Below, piece by piece: positions 1 to 14,199 of a stretch of DNA of 64,000 bases (within the stretch, counting starts at the first letter, position 1; each line of letters starts with the position of its first letter). A model generated the notes under the pieces. The model had not been told where the DNA came from, searched no databases, and was given only the letters and a program-made list of their open reading frames with translations. Origin of the DNA: an uncultured Acidobacteriota bacterium (lineage in GTDB: Bacteria; Acidobacteriota; Thermoanaerobaculia; UBA5066; Gp7-AA6); NCBI GenBank assembly GCA_963764715.1, contig CAVXTP010000022.1, forward strand, positions 448,001 to 512,000, in the 5' to 3' direction. The position numbers were made by a program, and so were the translations under genes.

Positions 1-836
1 TTTCCGTCCGGACCGGCGACGAGGTAGTCCGGCGTCGCCTGCGGCGGGCCGCCCTGCGGGAGCGGGAATTCCGTAATGACGCCCGCCGGCGTGATGCGTC
101 CAATCTGCAACGCCGTCCCCTCCGAGAACCAGAGGTTTCCGTCCGGGCCGACGGTGATGTTCCATGGATCGCTGTCGGCCGTCGGGATCGGGAACTCCGT
201 GATGACGCCCGTCGTCGTGATTCGTCCGATCTTGTTTCCCGCCTGCTCAACGAACCAGAGGTTGCCGTCGGGGCCGGCCGTGATGCCATCCGGCCGGGCG
301 TTGCCCGTCGGAACGGTGTACTCGGTGAAAACGCCGGCCATGGTGAGTTTGCCGATCTTGTTCTTGGAAGCCTCCGTAAACCAGATGAGGCCGTCTGGAC
401 CCGTAGCGACGCCTTCCGGCTCGCTCGACGCCGTTGGGATCGGGAATTCAACGATCACGCCGTCGGTCGTGATCCTCCCCAGTTTGTTCCCGGCAAACTC
501 GGTGAACCAGAGGTTGCCGTCCGGACCGACGATTATCGTTTCGGGGTGGCTGTCGGCCGTCGGGATTGGAAACTCCGTGATGACACCGCTCGGCGTCATA
601 CGGCCAATCTTGTTGGTGTCTTCCTCGCAGAACCAGAGGTTACCGTCGGGCCCCGTAACGATACCTTCGGGCCGGCTGAAGGCCGTGGGGATCGGAGTTT
701 CCGTGATGACCTGAGCTTGGGCGGGCGCCGCCGTGCCCGCGCAGATTACCAGAAGGGCAACCGTGGCCGCGCTCCGCCAGGGGCGCGCTCCCTCGCCGCA
801 AACCGCTCCCGGCCGCCGAAACTGACTCGTTCGCAT
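1..836 (-). CDS. Secreted Vgb (virginiamycin B lyase)-like beta-propeller repeat protein, runs off window edge
   Basis: Minus-strand frame missing from the ORF track: MRTSQ...ALLVICAGTAAPAQA signal peptide, then ~42-aa repeats (ITEFPIPTAxSxPxxIxxGPDGNLWFxExxxNKIGR); GGGAGG SD upstream of the ATG at 836. Confidence 0.85.
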   Translation of the reverse strand, partial: MRTSQFRRPGAVCGEGARPWRSAATVALLVICAGTAAPAQAQVITETPIPTAFSRPEGIVTGPDGNLWFCEEDTNKIGRMTPSGVITEFPIPTADSHPETIIVGPDGNLWFTEFAGNKLGRITTDGVIVEFPIPTASSEPEGVATGPDGLIWFTEASKNKIGKLTMAGVFTEYTVPTGNARPDGITAGPDGNLWFVEQAGNKIGRITTTGVITEFPIPTADSDPWNITVGPDGNLWFSEGTALQIGRITPAGVITEFPLPQGGPPQATPDYLVAGPDG

Positions 837-979
837 CAATCTGCCTCCCGCATTCCGTCTCTTCCGCGCGAAGCAACAACGATGCCGACGGCCCTTCGCC
901 GGGGACGCTCGATACCGAGGTGCTCGTTTGGAAGAGCGCAGGATAACAGAACCGGCCCCCGGCCGACCCGGGACCGGGC

Positions 980-1738
980 TTAGTCCCGGCCGGGTCCGGG
1001 GAGGGCGTCGCGGAACGCGCGTTTGACCCGGTACCGCAAGAGGCTGAACCGTTTGCGGGCGCGGCAGAGGCGCAGGAAGGGGTCGCCTTCCACCACGTCC
1101 TCGTCGAAGAAAACGGCGAACGCCTTGCCCTCGAGCCGGGCGGTCAGGAAACGCTCCCCGGCCCTGCGCAGGGACCCGAGGACGTCGAGCACCCCGGGGT
1201 AGACGATCGGGAAGTCGTCGAAGACGATTGTCCCTCCCGGAGCCAGCACGCTCCGGCAGAACCGGAAATCGGAGACGACGGCGCGGCGGGTGTGCTCGCC
1301 GTCGATGAACGCCACGTGGGGCCGACGGCCGATGGCCGACGGGTCGACCCGCGAGGCGTCCGACTCGAAGCAACGGACGCGCACGAGCCCGGCCGGAGCG
1401 AGCTCGCGAAGCCGGTCGAGCATCCTCTGCGTCGAGTTGCCCTCGTACCCCACCCGGCAGCCGCGCGACCGGTCGTCCGGCTGCGACGCGGGCCGAGGGT
1501 CGATCGAGTAGATCGCCTCGCAGCGCGGATCCAGGAGATACGGCTGGATCGATCCGCCCAGGTGTGAACCGATCTCGAGATAGGCGAATCGGCCGAAGCG
1601 CCGGGCCGTGGACCGCTGGACCGCGAGGAGCGACCGCCGGTCCCTCTCGGACGTCTGGGAGGGGATCGCTTCGAAGAGGTCCGTCGAAAGCGCCTCGACG
1701 CGGTCCGCGACCGTGGCCTCGCCCGCGGTCCGGCTCAT
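980..1738 (-). CDS. Class I SAM-dependent methyltransferase (Methyltransf_24-like)
   Basis: YLEIGSHLGGS motif I; AFIDGEH; LAPGGTIVFDD. Confidence 0.8.
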   Translation of the reverse strand: MSRTAGEATVADRVEALSTDLFEAIPSQTSERDRRSLLAVQRSTARRFGRFAYLEIGSHLGGSIQPYLLDPRCEAIYSIDPRPASQPDDRSRGCRVGYEGNSTQRMLDRLRELAPAGLVRVRCFESDASRVDPSAIGRRPHVAFIDGEHTRRAVVSDFRFCRSVLAPGGTIVFDDFPIVYPGVLDVLGSLRRAGERFLTARLEGKAFAVFFDEDVVEGDPFLRLCRARKRFSLLRYRVKRAFRDALPGPGRD

Positions 1739-1924
1739 CGCGCCCTCACGGCCGTGACGAGCAACCGAGGCGACCCGGCGCGGAACGGCCGTCCGTCGAA
1801 GTCGCCGCGGAGCGAGCGGATGCGAAGGCCCGCGGCCGATAGTAGTCGCGGGCGCTCGCGATCTCCCCGGCCGACTCCGCCATGGGCGAGATGTACCACC
1901 GACGGCGCCCGGTCGCGCGCGTCG

Positions 1925-3451
1925 TTACGCGGGGACTTCGCTCTCCCCCGCCGCCCGCCGCGACTCGGCCTCCGTCGGAAGCACGCCGATGAGCCGGCGG
2001 ATCGGCCCCGAGAAGAGCAGGAGCAGGAGGCCGCCCGCGCCCGTGACCTTCGCGATCGTTCCGAAGAGCGTGGGCAGGGGCATGGTAGAGAAGGCTCCCG
2101 CCGTCAATCCGGCGATGAGGTTGCCGAGCGCGTTGCCCATGAAGAAGGTGCCCATCATCTGGCCGACCAGCCGTCGCGGTGCGAGCTTGGTCACGCTCGA
2201 CAGGCCGACGGGGGACAGACAGAGCTCGCCCACCGTGTGGACGAAATACGTGAGCACGAGCCACCACGGGCCGACCTTGTCCGCTCCGCCGTGGGTGTTC
2301 GTCGCGGCGACGACCATGACGAACATCCCGATCGCCAGGAGCACGAGGCCCAGACCGAGCTTGGCGGGCATGGACGGGCCGCCGTCGCGGAGCTTGAGCC
2401 AGACCAGGCTGAAGACGGGCGACAGCAGGATGACGAAGGTCGGGGGAACCGCCTGGAACCACGAGGCGGGGACCTCCCAGCCGCCGACCATCCGATCGGT
2501 CAGCCTCGACGCGAAGAGGTTGAACGAGGACCCGGCCTGCTCGTAGCCCGCCCAGAAGAGCGACGACGCCAGGAAGAAGAGGAAGATCACGACGACGCGC
2601 TTCTTCTCGGCGACGGTCAGCCCTCCCGAGATGAGGACCGAGCCGAAGTACAGCACGACGATCGATACGATGACGACTCCCGTCCCGCGGGCGGCCGACT
2701 CCAGGCTCAGGTGCGCGAAGGCGCCGGCGACGAGGGCGGCCGCGAGGATCGCGACCCCGATCAGGACCGCGCGGATGGCTCTGGCCCGGGCCACGGGATC
2801 GCGGGCCGGCGGCCGGGGCAGCCCGGCCGCGCCGAGATTTGGCGCTCCCAGCCGGTACTGGATGAGGCCGAGGACCATGCCGACGCCGGCCGCGCCGAAG
2901 CCGAAGTGCCAGTTGAGCCGTTCGCCGAGGAAGCCGCAGATGAAGGGCCCGATGAACGCCCCGGAGTTGATGCCCATGTAGAAGAACGAGAAGCCGGAAT
3001 CGCGGCGCGCTCCCCCTTCGGGATAGAGGTCGCCCACCATGGCGCTGACGTTCGGCTTCAGGAGCCCCGTGCCGACGACGATCAGGCAGAGCCCGAGGTA
3101 GAAAGACGGCACCGTCGGCACGGCCATGCTGAAGTGGCCCGCGGCGATCACGCAGCCGCCGATGAAGACCGCGCGGCGCTGCCCGAAGATCCGGTCCGCC
3201 ACCCACCCGCCCGGAAGCGCCATCAGGTAGACGCCCGCCGTGTAGAGGCCGTAGATCGCCGCCGCCTTCTTGTCCGTCAGGCCGAAGCCGCCGTTCTGCA
3301 CCGAGGCGACGAGGAACAGGATCAGGAGGGCCCGCATCCCGTAGTAGCTGAACCGCTCCCACATTTCGGTGAAGAAGAGCGTGGACAGGCCCCGCGGGTG
3401 GCCGAACCACGTCTTGCCCCCGGGGACGGCGGTCGCGGATGTCGAGCTCAT
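1925..3451 (-). CDS. POT/PTR family proton-dependent oligopeptide transporter (MFS)
   Basis: FGHPRGL...FFTEMWERFSYYGM signature; GTGLLKPN; FYMGINSG; GELCLSPVGLS; start placed at MSSTS. Confidence 0.93.
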   Translation of the reverse strand: MSSTSATAVPGGKTWFGHPRGLSTLFFTEMWERFSYYGMRALLILFLVASVQNGGFGLTDKKAAAIYGLYTAGVYLMALPGGWVADRIFGQRRAVFIGGCVIAAGHFSMAVPTVPSFYLGLCLIVVGTGLLKPNVSAMVGDLYPEGGARRDSGFSFFYMGINSGAFIGPFICGFLGERLNWHFGFGAAGVGMVLGLIQYRLGAPNLGAAGLPRPPARDPVARARAIRAVLIGVAILAAALVAGAFAHLSLESAARGTGVVIVSIVVLYFGSVLISGGLTVAEKKRVVVIFLFFLASSLFWAGYEQAGSSFNLFASRLTDRMVGGWEVPASWFQAVPPTFVILLSPVFSLVWLKLRDGGPSMPAKLGLGLVLLAIGMFVMVVAATNTHGGADKVGPWWLVLTYFVHTVGELCLSPVGLSSVTKLAPRRLVGQMMGTFFMGNALGNLIAGLTAGAFSTMPLPTLFGTIAKVTGAGGLLLLLFSGPIRRLIGVLPTEAESRRAAGESEVPA

Positions 3452-3504
3452 GGGCGAGTGGCGCGAGGCTACCAGAGAACCCCGGACGCGCATAATGATC
3501 CGGC

Positions 3505-5217
3505 ATGCAGGCCCCGGAGTTCCTCGGGCCCCTCGCGTTGATCTTCCTCGCGGCGCTCGGCGCCACGTACGTGCTGCATCGTCTCCGGCAACCTCCGCTC
3601 GTCGGCTTCCTCTCGGCGGGGGCTCTGCTCGGGCCCTTCGGGCTCGGGCTGCTCGCCGACGTCCGCGTCGTCGAAGTCCTCGCGGATCTCGGAGTCGTCC
3701 TCCTCCTGTTCACCGTCGGCCTCGAGCTCTCGCTCGGCAACCTGCGCCGGCTCGGCAAGCTCGTGTGGGTCGCGGGGTCGATCCAGGTCGTCGTCACCAT
3801 CGCTCTCGTCCTGGCCGTCGCCGCCGCCGGCGGGTATCCGCTGTCGCAAGGCCTTTTCTTCGGCTACCTCGTCGCCCTCTCGTCGACGGCGATCGTGCTC
3901 AAGCTCCTGCTGGACCGCCGCGAGCTCGACGCTCCGCACGGCCGCATGCTGCTCGGCATCCTGATCTTCCAGGACCTGGCGGTCGTCCCCATGCTCCTCT
4001 CGCTGCCGACCCTCTCGGCCGGAGGCTCGGCCGGCCTGATGCCGGTCCTGCTCGCCACGGGCAAGACGGTCCTCACGGCCGCCGCTCTGCTGGTCGTCGC
4101 GCGGGTCCTCGTGCCCCGCTTCATCGGCGCCCTGGCCGGAACGCGGCAAAAGGAGATCTTCGTCGTCGCCGTGCTGTTCATCGTCCTCGGCTCGGCGCTG
4201 GCGACCTCCTGGGCCGGCCTCTCGGCGGCCCTCGGGGCGTTCCTCGCGGGCCTCGTGCTCTCGGAGTCCGAGTACGGGCACCAGGCCCTGGCCGACGTGA
4301 CCGCGTTTCGCGACGCTTTCAACGCCGTCTTCTTCGTGTCGATCGGAATGCTGTTCAATCCGCGCGTGATCTTCGAACAGCCCGTGCTCGTGGCCGTGCT
4401 GCTCGGCCTCATCGCGGTCTGGAAGACGATCGCCGGCGGCTCGGCGGTCCTCGCGATGGGCTACGGGTTCCGCGTCGCGACGGTCGTCGGACTGTCCCTC
4501 GCCCAGATCGGCGAGTTCTCCTTCGTCCTGCTGCGCCAGGGCCGGGAGGCGGGGCTGATTTCGAGCGTGATGTACCAGGCGTTCCTCGCCGCTGCGATCA
4601 TCACGATGGTCGCGACGCCGTTTCTCTCGGAGGCGAGCCACGCCGTGGCGTTCCGGCTGACGAGGCGCGAGACCTCCTCCGCGGACCGCGCTTCCCCGCC
4701 GCCGCCCGAGGGCCTCATCCTCGTGATCGGATTCGGCCACATGGGCGAGACCGTCGCCCGCGTGCTCCAGCGCGCGCGCGCGCCGTTTCGGATCGTCGAC
4801 CTCGATCCCGTGCGCGTCAAGAAGGGCGTCGCGAAGCGGCTGCCGATCGAGTACGGCGACTCGACCAACGACGTCGTCCTGCGCCGCAACGGCGTCGAAA
4901 GGGCCCGGGCCGCCATCATCCTGGTCTCCGACCCGCGCGGGACGCGACAGACGATCCGGCACTGCCGCACGCTCGCACCCGCTCTGTTCATCCTCGTTCG
5001 GACCCGCTACGTCTCGGAGATCCCCGCGCTCGTGGCCGCGGGCGCGGACGAGGTCATCGCCGAGGAGTTCGAGACGGCCCTCGAGATCTCGCGCCGCGCC
5101 GTGAAGCGCCTGGGCCTTCCGCTTCCGTGGGTCGAGTCCGAGACGCAGGAGATCCGGCGCATCCGCGAGGAGGGGTTCAAGAGCATCAGCCTCCCGCGCG
5201 CTCCCGACCCGAAGTAG
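3505..5217 (+). CDS. CPA2 cation:proton antiporter (KefB/KefC-like) with C-terminal TrkA-N/RCK domain
   Basis: LLFTVGLE, ALSSTAIV, GILIFQD, LAQIGEFSFV; GFGHMG Rossmann motif. Confidence 0.9.
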   Translation: MQAPEFLGPLALIFLAALGATYVLHRLRQPPLVGFLSAGALLGPFGLGLLADVRVVEVLADLGVVLLLFTVGLELSLGNLRRLGKLVWVAGSIQVVVTIALVLAVAAAGGYPLSQGLFFGYLVALSSTAIVLKLLLDRRELDAPHGRMLLGILIFQDLAVVPMLLSLPTLSAGGSAGLMPVLLATGKTVLTAAALLVVARVLVPRFIGALAGTRQKEIFVVAVLFIVLGSALATSWAGLSAALGAFLAGLVLSESEYGHQALADVTAFRDAFNAVFFVSIGMLFNPRVIFEQPVLVAVLLGLIAVWKTIAGGSAVLAMGYGFRVATVVGLSLAQIGEFSFVLLRQGREAGLISSVMYQAFLAAAIITMVATPFLSEASHAVAFRLTRRETSSADRASPPPPEGLILVIGFGHMGETVARVLQRARAPFRIVDLDPVRVKKGVAKRLPIEYGDSTNDVVLRRNGVERARAAIILVSDPRGTRQTIRHCRTLAPALFILVRTRYVSEIPALVAAGADEVIAEEFETALEISRRAVKRLGLPLPWVESETQEIRRIREEGFKSISLPRAPDPK

Positions 5218-5276
5218 CGCCGGCTCCGTGCCGGCCGTTCGACCTGGCGCAAGCCCGAGACGACCCGGGCGTCGCC

Positions 5277-6593
5277 TCAGGCGAAAGCGGCCGCGAGGCT
5301 CTCCCCGGCCATGCGCGCGGTGCGCCGGATCTCGGCCTCGCCGTGCGCCGTCGAGACGAACCAGGCCTCGAACTGCGCCGGCGGAAGGAAGATCCCGCGC
5401 TCGCGCATGGCGTGAAAGAAGACGGCGTAGCGCTTCGTATCGGCCCGCTTCGCCTCGGCGAAGTCGTGGATCGGGCCCGGCGCGAGAAAGAGGGTCAACA
5501 GGGAGCCCATCCGCGGCAGGCTGACCTGATCGGAAAGGCCGCGGCGGACGATCTCCTCGCGGATCTGCGCTTCGAGCAGGCCTCCGAGACGCTCGAGCTC
5601 GGCGTACGGCGGCCGGCGCTCGATCTCCTGCAGCATCGCGAGACCGGCCGACATCGCCAGAGGGTTCCCCGACAGCGTCCCGGCCTGGTAGACGGGCCCG
5701 GCGGGAGCCATCTTCTCCATGAGGGCGCGCGTCCCGCCGTACGCCCCCACGGGAAGTCCGCCGCCGAGGATCTTCCCGAGCGTCGTGAGGTCGGGAGCCA
5801 CGCCGTAGATCTCCTGGGCGCCCCCCGCCGCGAGCCGGAACCCGGAGATGACCTCGTCGAAGATCAGCAGGGCCCCGTGCCGCCGGGTGAGCTCCCGCGC
5901 GGCCTCGAGGTAGCCCGGCCGCGGGGGAACGAGCCCCATGTTCGCCGCGACGGGCTCGACGATGAAGGCGGCGACGTCCCCGCGGAACTTCTCGAGCGCC
6001 GCCTCGAGCGCGCCGGCGTCGTTGTAGGGGACGACCGTGGTCAGCGCGGCGATCTCGTCCGGCACGCCCGGGCTGCCCGCGATTCCGAGCGTCGCGACGC
6101 CGGAGCCCGCGGCCACGAGGAATCCATCGGCGTGGCCGTGATACCCGCCGTCGGTCTTGAGGATCCGCTTTCGCCCGGTCGCGCCGCGCGCCAGGCGCAC
6201 CGCGCTCATCGTCGCCTCCGTGCCGGAGCTGACGAAGCGCACCATCTCGATCGAGGGAACGAGCTTCGTCACGCGCTCCGCGAGCCGCACCTCGAGCTCG
6301 GTCGGCGCGCCGAAGGACGTCCCGCGGCGGCAGGCCCGGTCGAGGGCCCGCCGCAGAAAGGCCGGCCCGTGACCGAAGAGGTGGGGGCCATAAGACATGA
6401 CGTAGTCGACGTAGGACCGTCCGTCGGCGTCGCGAACGCGGGCGCCCCGCCCGGAGGAGACGAAGAACGGCTCGCCGCCGACCGAAGCGAACGACCGGAC
6501 CGGCGAGCTCACGCCGCCCGGCATGAGCTTCCTGGCCCGCCGAAAGAGAGCCGCCGACCGCGCCGAAGAGCGAGCCTTCCGGGGGTCTTTCAA
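5277..6593 (-). CDS. hemL: Glutamate-1-semialdehyde 2,1-aminomutase
   Basis: [60 protein letters not shown]; TTG start overlaps the hemB TGA. Confidence 0.95.
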   Translation of the reverse strand: MKDPRKARSSARSAALFRRARKLMPGGVSSPVRSFASVGGEPFFVSSGRGARVRDADGRSYVDYVMSYGPHLFGHGPAFLRRALDRACRRGTSFGAPTELEVRLAERVTKLVPSIEMVRFVSSGTEATMSAVRLARGATGRKRILKTDGGYHGHADGFLVAAGSGVATLGIAGSPGVPDEIAALTTVVPYNDAGALEAALEKFRGDVAAFIVEPVAANMGLVPPRPGYLEAARELTRRHGALLIFDEVISGFRLAAGGAQEIYGVAPDLTTLGKILGGGLPVGAYGGTRALMEKMAPAGPVYQAGTLSGNPLAMSAGLAMLQEIERRPPYAELERLGGLLEAQIREEIVRRGLSDQVSLPRMGSLLTLFLAPGPIHDFAEAKRADTKRYAVFFHAMRERGIFLPPAQFEAWFVSTAHGEAEIRRTARMAGESLAAAFA

Positions 6594-7582
6594 GCGTCGA
6601 GGCCGCCTTCGCGGAGCCAGCGGGCCGCGTCGCGGGCGTGATACGTCAACACGAAGTCGGCCCCGGCCCTCACGATCGACGTCAGGATCTCGAGCGTGAC
6701 GCGCTTCTCGTCGATCCAGCCGTTGGCTCCCGCCGCCTTGACCATCGCGTACTCGCCCGAGACGTTGTACGCCGCGACGGGGGCGTCGAAGCGCTCCCGG
6801 GCGTCGCGGATCCAGTCGAGGTACGCGAGCGCCGGCTTGACCATGACCGCGTCGGCGCCCTCCTGGAGGTCGAGCGCGATCTCGCGCATGGCTTCGCGCC
6901 GGTTGGCGCCGTCCATCTGGTAGCCGCGCCGGTCGCCGAACTTGGGCGCCGAGTCCGCCGCTTCGCGGAACGGCCCGTAGAACCCGGAGGCCGCCTTCGC
7001 CGCGTAGGCGAGGATCGCCGTCTCGGTGAACCCCGCCCGGTCGAGCTCGGCCCGGATGGCGGCGACGCGGCCATCCATCATGTCCGAGGGCGCGACCACG
7101 TCGACCCCCGCCCGTGCGTGCGAGACCGCCGCGCGCGCCAGCAGCGGCAGCGTGGCGTCGTTGTCGACGCGCCCGTCGCGGATCACGCCGCAGTGGCCGT
7201 GGGAGGTGTACTCGTCGAGGCAGACGTCGGTCATGACCACGAGCCCGGGCACCGTGCTCTTGAGCGCGCGGACCGTTTCCTGGAGGGCCCCGCCCTCGTC
7301 CCACGCCTCGCTCCCGGTTTCGTCCTTGCGCTCCGGGATCCCGAAGAGGATCACGCCGGGGACGCCCAGGGACTGGAGCTCCTGCGCGACGGCGACCGCT
7401 TCGTCGGGCGAAAGGCGCTCGACGCCCGGCAGCGACGAGATCGGCTCGCGCCGGGCCCGGCCCTTTCGGACGAAGAGGGGCGCGACGAACCGGTCCGGCG
7501 TCAGGCGGGTTTCGCGGACGAGGGCGCGCAACGCGGGCGAGCCCCGGAGCCGCCGGAGACGCAGGGTCGGAAATCCGCTCAT
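6590..7582 (-). CDS. hemB: Porphobilinogen synthase (ALA dehydratase)
   Basis: [45 protein letters not shown]. Confidence 0.96.
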   Translation of the reverse strand: MSGFPTLRLRRLRGSPALRALVRETRLTPDRFVAPLFVRKGRARREPISSLPGVERLSPDEAVAVAQELQSLGVPGVILFGIPERKDETGSEAWDEGGALQETVRALKSTVPGLVVMTDVCLDEYTSHGHCGVIRDGRVDNDATLPLLARAAVSHARAGVDVVAPSDMMDGRVAAIRAELDRAGFTETAILAYAAKAASGFYGPFREAADSAPKFGDRRGYQMDGANRREAMREIALDLQEGADAVMVKPALAYLDWIRDARERFDAPVAAYNVSGEYAMVKAAGANGWIDEKRVTLEILTSIVRAGADFVLTYHARDAARWLREGGLDA

Positions 7583-7595
7583 CGGTCTCCTCAGC

Positions 7596-8333
7596 CTATG
7601 TTCCGGGCGCCGCGCTGGCAAGCCTCGCCAGCGCGTCGGCGGCGCTCCCGAAGCGGGCCTCGCGCGAAAGCTCCGCGCGTTCGACCCCGAGGGACGCGAG
7701 CTTCTCGAGGGTCGAGGGGCCGAGGGCGACCGCCGGGACCCTGCGCAGGCGCTCGGCCGCGGGGGCGGCCAGGCCGGCGAAGAGCCACTCCGCGGCGGCC
7801 GGCGACGTCGGGCAGAACGCGGCGGGCGGCCGTTCGAGGATCTCGGCCGAGAGAGCCGGGTTCGGCGGGGCCGCGCGCTTGCGATAGAGCACGACCCGGC
7901 GGACCTTCGCGCCGCGCTCCTTCAGCAGCGCGTCGAGGTCGACGGATGCGTCCTCGCCACACGGCCAGAGCACGCGGCGGCCGGAGAGCGACGCCGACAG
8001 TCCCTCGAGCATCGAGCGGGCCGAGCCCGCCGCCACGTGGTCGGGCCGGAGGCCGTTTCGTCGCAACGCCTCCGCCGTCGCCTCGCCGACGGCCACGAGG
8101 GTCCCGGCCTCGAGGCCGCGGCGCAGCATCTCGGCGTGGCGGGCGTCTCGCGCGATCTGCTCGACCGCGGTCTGGCTCGTCACGATGACCGTGTCCCATC
8201 CGGAAGCCCAATCGGAGGCGGAAGCCGCGACGGGCTCGACGGTATGGCTGACGTACTCGGCGACCTCGACGCCCGGGACCGAGCCGAACGGCCTCGCTCC
8301 CGATCGAACCACCAGGACGACCGGCCGCTTCAA
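7596..8333 (-). CDS. hemD: Uroporphyrinogen-III synthase
   Basis: [27 protein letters not shown] motifs; position between hemC and hemB. Confidence 0.85.
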   Translation of the reverse strand: MKRPVVLVVRSGARPFGSVPGVEVAEYVSHTVEPVAASASDWASGWDTVIVTSQTAVEQIARDARHAEMLRRGLEAGTLVAVGEATAEALRRNGLRPDHVAAGSARSMLEGLSASLSGRRVLWPCGEDASVDLDALLKERGAKVRRVVLYRKRAAPPNPALSAEILERPPAAFCPTSPAAAEWLFAGLAAPAAERLRRVPAVALGPSTLEKLASLGVERAELSREARFGSAADALARLASAAPGT

Positions 8334-9235
8334 GCCCCGGCCTCTCCGATCAGCGCGGCCGCTCCGGATTCGAGGAGCCGCCCGCCGAGCTCCCGGCCGA
8401 TCCGCTCGCCGTCCGTCGCGGACCCGGCGGAGCGGTCCCGGAGGACGCGGGCGCCGTCACCGGAGAAGACCGCCGCCTCGACCGCGAGGGACCCGGCCGT
8501 CACCCGGGCCCGCGCGGCCACCGGGGCGCGGCAGCCGGCCTCGAGGGCCGCGAGGACCGCACGCTCGCAGACCACCTCCGCGTGGGAGGCCGCGTCGTCG
8601 ATCGACGCCAGGACGTTCGCCATCCGCGTGTCGCCCTCGCGCGCCACGATCGCGAGGGCCCCCTGGCCGACGGCGGGCAGCAGGATCTCCTCCGGAAAGA
8701 TCTCGACGATCTCCGAGAGCCGGTCGAGCCGGGCGAGGCCCGCGCGGGCCAGGACGATCGCGTCCCACTTTCCCTCCCGAAGCCGACGCAGGCGCGTGTC
8801 GACGTTGCCCCGCGCCTCGAGGACTTCGAGGTCGGGCCGCGCCGCGAGAAGCTGCGCCCGCCGCCGCGGGCTCGACGTGCCGATGCGCGCTCCGCGCGGC
8901 AGCTCGGCAAAGGGACGGGCCGGGTGAGAGATGAGGACGTCGCGCGGGTCCTGGCGCGCCGGCACGGCCGCGAGCAGGAGACCCTCGGCCATCGTCGAAG
9001 GCACGTCCTTGAGGCTGTGGACCGCGAAGTCGACCGTCTTCGACCGGAGCGCCTCGTCGAGCTCGCGGGTGAAGTCGCCCTTCCAGGAGATGGGCTCCCC
9101 CGACGCGGACTTGCGGTCGCCGGTCGTACGGACCTCGACGATCTCGACTTCGGCGGCGCCGGCGAGCGAGCGGGCGACGAGCGTCGCCTGCGCGAGGGAG
9201 AGCGCGCTGCCGCGCGCGCCGAGACGCAGCTTCAT
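8330..9235 (-). CDS. hemC: Hydroxymethylbilane synthase (PBG deaminase)
   Basis: GARGSALSLAQ, AVHSLKDVP, GTSSPRR, RGNVDTRL, PAVGQGAL, LEAGCRAP. Confidence 0.95.
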   Translation of the reverse strand: MKLRLGARGSALSLAQATLVARSLAGAAEVEIVEVRTTGDRKSASGEPISWKGDFTRELDEALRSKTVDFAVHSLKDVPSTMAEGLLLAAVPARQDPRDVLISHPARPFAELPRGARIGTSSPRRRAQLLAARPDLEVLEARGNVDTRLRRLREGKWDAIVLARAGLARLDRLSEIVEIFPEEILLPAVGQGALAIVAREGDTRMANVLASIDDAASHAEVVCERAVLAALEAGCRAPVAARARVTAGSLAVEAAVFSGDGARVLRDRSAGSATDGERIGRELGGRLLESGAAALIGEAGA

Positions 9236-10488
9236 CCGTCGAGGTCGAACAGGTGGCGGACGGCCTCGACGCGGTCGAGCTTGCGCGAGGCGTCGGTTTC
9301 GGACTTCAGGCGGCGCAGGGGCTCGTGCAGCAGCTTGGCGGCGATGGAGTCCGCGAACGACCGGAAGCGCTCGCGGTCGGCGGGAGGGATCCGCTCGAGC
9401 TCCCGGTCCCGGAGGTCGGCCAGGCGCTTCTGGAGATCCGTCAGCGTCGGCACGACGGCGAGATTGCCGAACCAGGCGGTGAAGCGGGCGAGCTCCTCCT
9501 CGAGGATCGCCTCCGCCCGGGGAACTTCCCGCGCGCGCCGCCGGCGGTTCTCTTCCGCGACGCCCTCGAGGTCGTCGATCCCGTACGCATAGACGTTGTA
9601 GACGTCCTTGACGTCGGGTGCGATGTCCCGCGGCATCGCGAGGTCGATGAACATCATCGGCCGGCCGCGGCGGTGCCGCATGGCCGCCTCGACTTCGGGC
9701 CGCGCCACGACCGGGGTCGGGCTGGCCGTCGTCCCGACGACGACGTCGGCGTGCTGGAGGGCCTCCACGAGCCCGTCCCACGGCACGGCCCGGCCGCCGA
9801 TCTTCGCCGCGAGATCCTCGGCCCGCTCGGGCGTCCGGTTCACGATCCGGACGTCCGTGACGCCGGCCTCGACGGCCTGCTTCGCGAAGAGGGTTCCGGT
9901 GTCGCCGGCGCCGATGACGAGAAGCGTCCGCTCGGACATGCGCCCGAAGACCTTCGCCGCGAGCTCGTACCCGATCGAGGCGACGGAGAGAGGGTGCTGC
10001 GCGATCTCGGTTTCCGTCCTCACGCGCTTGCCCGCGGCGAGCGCGCTCTCGAACATGCGGTGGGACACGGCGCGGGTCGCGCCGGCCTCGCGGGCGAGCC
10101 CGAGGGCCGTCCGGACCTGGCCGAGGACCTCGCTCTCGCCGAGGGCCATCGAGTCGAGTCCCGCCGCGACCCGGAAGAGGTGCCGCGCCGCCTCCGGCCC
10201 TTCCCGGAAGAAGCTCGCGCGGACGACCTCGGCCGGGTCGAGCCCTCGCCAGCGCGAGATCAGCTCCGCGATCTCCTCTTGCGGGTGCTCGCCGTCGGAC
10301 AGCGCGTAGATCTCGCTGCGGTGGCAGGTCGCGACGATGACGCTCTCGCTCGCGAGGCCCTGTCCCCGGATGCGCTCGAGGGCCTCGCGGACCTCGTCGG
10401 AGGTGAAGGCGATGCGCTCGCGGACCGAAACGTCGGCGCCGCGGAAGTTCCAGCCGAGGAGCAGCAGGCGGGCTTCGGCGGCCCTCAT
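9232..10488 (-). CDS. hemA: Glutamyl-tRNA reductase
   Basis: [48 protein letters not shown]; ATG overlaps the upstream TGA. Confidence 0.95.
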   Translation of the reverse strand: MRAAEARLLLLGWNFRGADVSVRERIAFTSDEVREALERIRGQGLASESVIVATCHRSEIYALSDGEHPQEEIAELISRWRGLDPAEVVRASFFREGPEAARHLFRVAAGLDSMALGESEVLGQVRTALGLAREAGATRAVSHRMFESALAAGKRVRTETEIAQHPLSVASIGYELAAKVFGRMSERTLLVIGAGDTGTLFAKQAVEAGVTDVRIVNRTPERAEDLAAKIGGRAVPWDGLVEALQHADVVVGTTASPTPVVARPEVEAAMRHRRGRPMMFIDLAMPRDIAPDVKDVYNVYAYGIDDLEGVAEENRRRRAREVPRAEAILEEELARFTAWFGNLAVVPTLTDLQKRLADLRDRELERIPPADRERFRSFADSIAAKLLHEPLRRLKSETDASRKLDRVEAVRHLFDLDG

Positions 10489-11294
10489 CGGAACCGGTGC
10501 GACTGGCTGAAGACCATGTTCACGACGGTGTACGAGAAGAGGACGAGGCCGAAGCCCAGGATCGAAAGCATGGCGACGCGGGGGCCCTCCCAGCCGCGGC
10601 GGTCCATCCAGAGGAGCAGGCCGTAGACGGCGAGCGTCAGGACGGCCCACTCGATCTTCGGGTCGGCGAGCGTGGTCCAGACCTGCTCCGCCCGCACGAG
10701 GCCGAGAATGAGGGAGATCGAGAGGACGGCCAGGCCGATCGAGACGCTCGTCCGGTTCATCCGGCCGAGCACCTCGAGCGGCGGGAGGCGCGAGAAGAGA
10801 AGCCCCGTCCGCCCCCGGCGGATCTGGCGGCTCTGGACGAGGTACAGGATCGAGATCACGCACGAGAGCGCGAACGCCGCGTAGGCCAGGATCGCGAAAG
10901 TGACGTGAAACGCGAAAAGGGAGCCGTGGGCGCCGGGCGCGGGCGCGGAGGCAGGGTCCGGCAGCACGAGGCCGGCGACCGTCGCGGCGATGACGATCGG
11001 GATGAGGAAGGGGCCGGTCGTCCGCTCCCCGTGCCGCAGGGCGAGGGCCAGGTAGGCGATCCCGAGCATCCAGCCGAAGAAGGAGACCGAGCCGCCGAGC
11101 GTGCGGTATGGAACGGAGTGGAGCACGCGGGCGCGGTTCAGGAGGTCCGCGAAATGCAGGGCCAGCCCCGCCGCGACGAGGATGGGCGCCGCCCGGCCCG
11201 CGAGAGTTCGCGGACGCGCGAGCCAGGCGATCGCCGAAAGCTCCGCCGCCGCGTAGCAAGCGACGGCGAACCAGCCGAGAGCGTGAGATCCCAT
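10485..11294 (-). CDS. CcsA/HemX-like cytochrome c assembly family membrane protein
   Basis: About 8 hydrophobic segments; [21 protein letters not shown] motif; typical position directly upstream of hemA. Confidence 0.8.
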   Translation of the reverse strand: MGSHALGWFAVACYAAAELSAIAWLARPRTLAGRAAPILVAAGLALHFADLLNRARVLHSVPYRTLGGSVSFFGWMLGIAYLALALRHGERTTGPFLIPIVIAATVAGLVLPDPASAPAPGAHGSLFAFHVTFAILAYAAFALSCVISILYLVQSRQIRRGRTGLLFSRLPPLEVLGRMNRTSVSIGLAVLSISLILGLVRAEQVWTTLADPKIEWAVLTLAVYGLLLWMDRRGWEGPRVAMLSILGFGLVLFSYTVVNMVFSQSHRFR

Positions 11295-11346
11295 GGGGCC
11301 CGAGCAGTTTATCAACGGCCGCGGCCGCGTAATACGATAGCGGCCG

Positions 11347-14181
<2,835 letters not shown>

Positions 14182-14199
14182 GGACGCGCCGCCCGGACG

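Noticed and set aside
76-714. Plus-strand repetitive ORF (NQRLPSGP repeats)
   Set aside because: It is the antisense shadow of the minus-strand Vgb-like repeat gene; the ~126-nt periodicity is protein repeats, not a CRISPR array.
1746-1883. 45-aa ORF MAESAGEIASARDYY... between the transporter and the methyltransferase
   Set aside because: No SD, no clean -10 box, no recognisable motif; cannot be supported.
3369-6641. Long Arg/Pro/Gly-rich ORFs overlapping real genes (this one and many others in the track)
   Set aside because: Alternative-frame or antisense shadows with no motifs.
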